From a virus, in the IMG/VR virus record IMGVR_UViG_3300022554_000002, positions 96,001-160,000 of that record: 64,000 nt of DNA; one strand, given 5' to 3'. The translations under genes and the position numbers were made by a program. Positions 63,803 to 64,000 of this stretch are shown in pieces. The notes beneath the pieces were generated by a model that was given only the letters and a program-made list of their open reading frames with translations, had not been told where the DNA came from and ran no database searches. Positions within the stretch are counted from its first letter, which is position 1, and every line of letters begins with the position of its first letter.

Positions 63803-64000
63803 TTAGTGTTCTACTTTCTTAATCCAAACATTTGTAGGAATTTGTACCACGAAAGTTTTGTATTTTAAGGGAATAATAATACCAGTAAAGTTTTTATCAT
63901 AAACTGGTCTTCGTAAAATACATCTATCTGTAACAACATCAATAAAATTGAATCCTTTTCGTGTAACCTTTACAAACTTAACAATTCGATGATTATAAGT
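63803..64000 (-). CDS. hypothetical protein, 3' part only
   Basis: Open frame from the window edge ...KFVKVTRKGFNFIDV...WIKKVEH, TAA at 63803-63805. Confidence 0.5.
   Translation of the reverse strand, partial: TYNHRIVKFVKVTRKGFNFIDVVTDRCILRRPVYDKNFTGIIIPLKYKTFVVQIPTNVWIKKVEH

Noticed and set aside
1-64000. CRISPR arrays, tRNA or rRNA genes
   Set aside because: None seen by eye in the intergenic gaps; a tRNAscan/Infernal run would be needed to exclude them fully
1-64000. Alternative genetic code (stop reassignment)
   Set aside because: Conserved genes (nrdJ, terL, guaC, portal) are full length in code 11, and TAA, TAG and TGA all end genes; the two in-frame stops noted (33993, 63702) are isolated
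1-64000. Archaeal virus or Borg-like element
   Set aside because: The sigma70-family gene and repeated TTGACA/TATAAT promoters point to a bacterial host; no tandem-repeat arrays typical of Borgs were seen

Overview
This window is a 64-kb slice of a large, AT-rich tailed dsDNA bacteriophage (Caudoviricetes, jumbo-like). The host is probably bacterial, given AGGAG ribosome-binding sites, sigma70-type promoters and a sigma70-family gene. Almost all genes lie on the minus strand. In + coordinates the order is: a head module (HK97-fold major capsid, decoration protein, prohead protease/scaffold with a LAGLIDADG intein, portal, gp36-like adaptor) interleaved with about 13 kb of unknown, probably head-internal proteins that include a sigma factor with a long N-terminal extension; a regulation/replication block (WYL, catalytically degenerate NYN, DUF932-like, AEP primase-like, candidate origin, 5'-3' exonuclease, RNase H-like exonuclease, split twin-HNH, deaminase); a ~1335-aa unknown protein, terminase large subunit and tail fibres built on a YASGI repeat; class II RNR, a frameshifted thyX, a stand-alone TnpB cassette, about six glycosyltransferase-like genes, GMP reductase, PRTase, dNMP kinase and MazG-like genes; and a divergent + strand beta-helix/polysaccharide-deacetylase gene with a foreign GC-rich core. 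Two promoter classes are readable from the sequence: TTGACA-N16/17-TATAAT in front of accessory and metabolic genes, and a -10-only GATTATA motif in front of virion genes, the HNH and TnpB. The best candidates for new biology are (i) a sigma factor that may be packaged in the head and released by the protease, among head proteins sharing Ala-centred motifs; (ii) a transposase-free TnpB flanked by a 12-bp direct repeat and a 19-bp perfect hairpin and driven by the phage promoter; (iii) repeat-bounded swappable receptor/enzyme modules; and (iv) a phage glycan-building gene set. All family calls come from motif recognition by eye; no database search was run. Three single-nucleotide anomalies (thyX, HNH A9 tract, ATC start) could be assembly errors.
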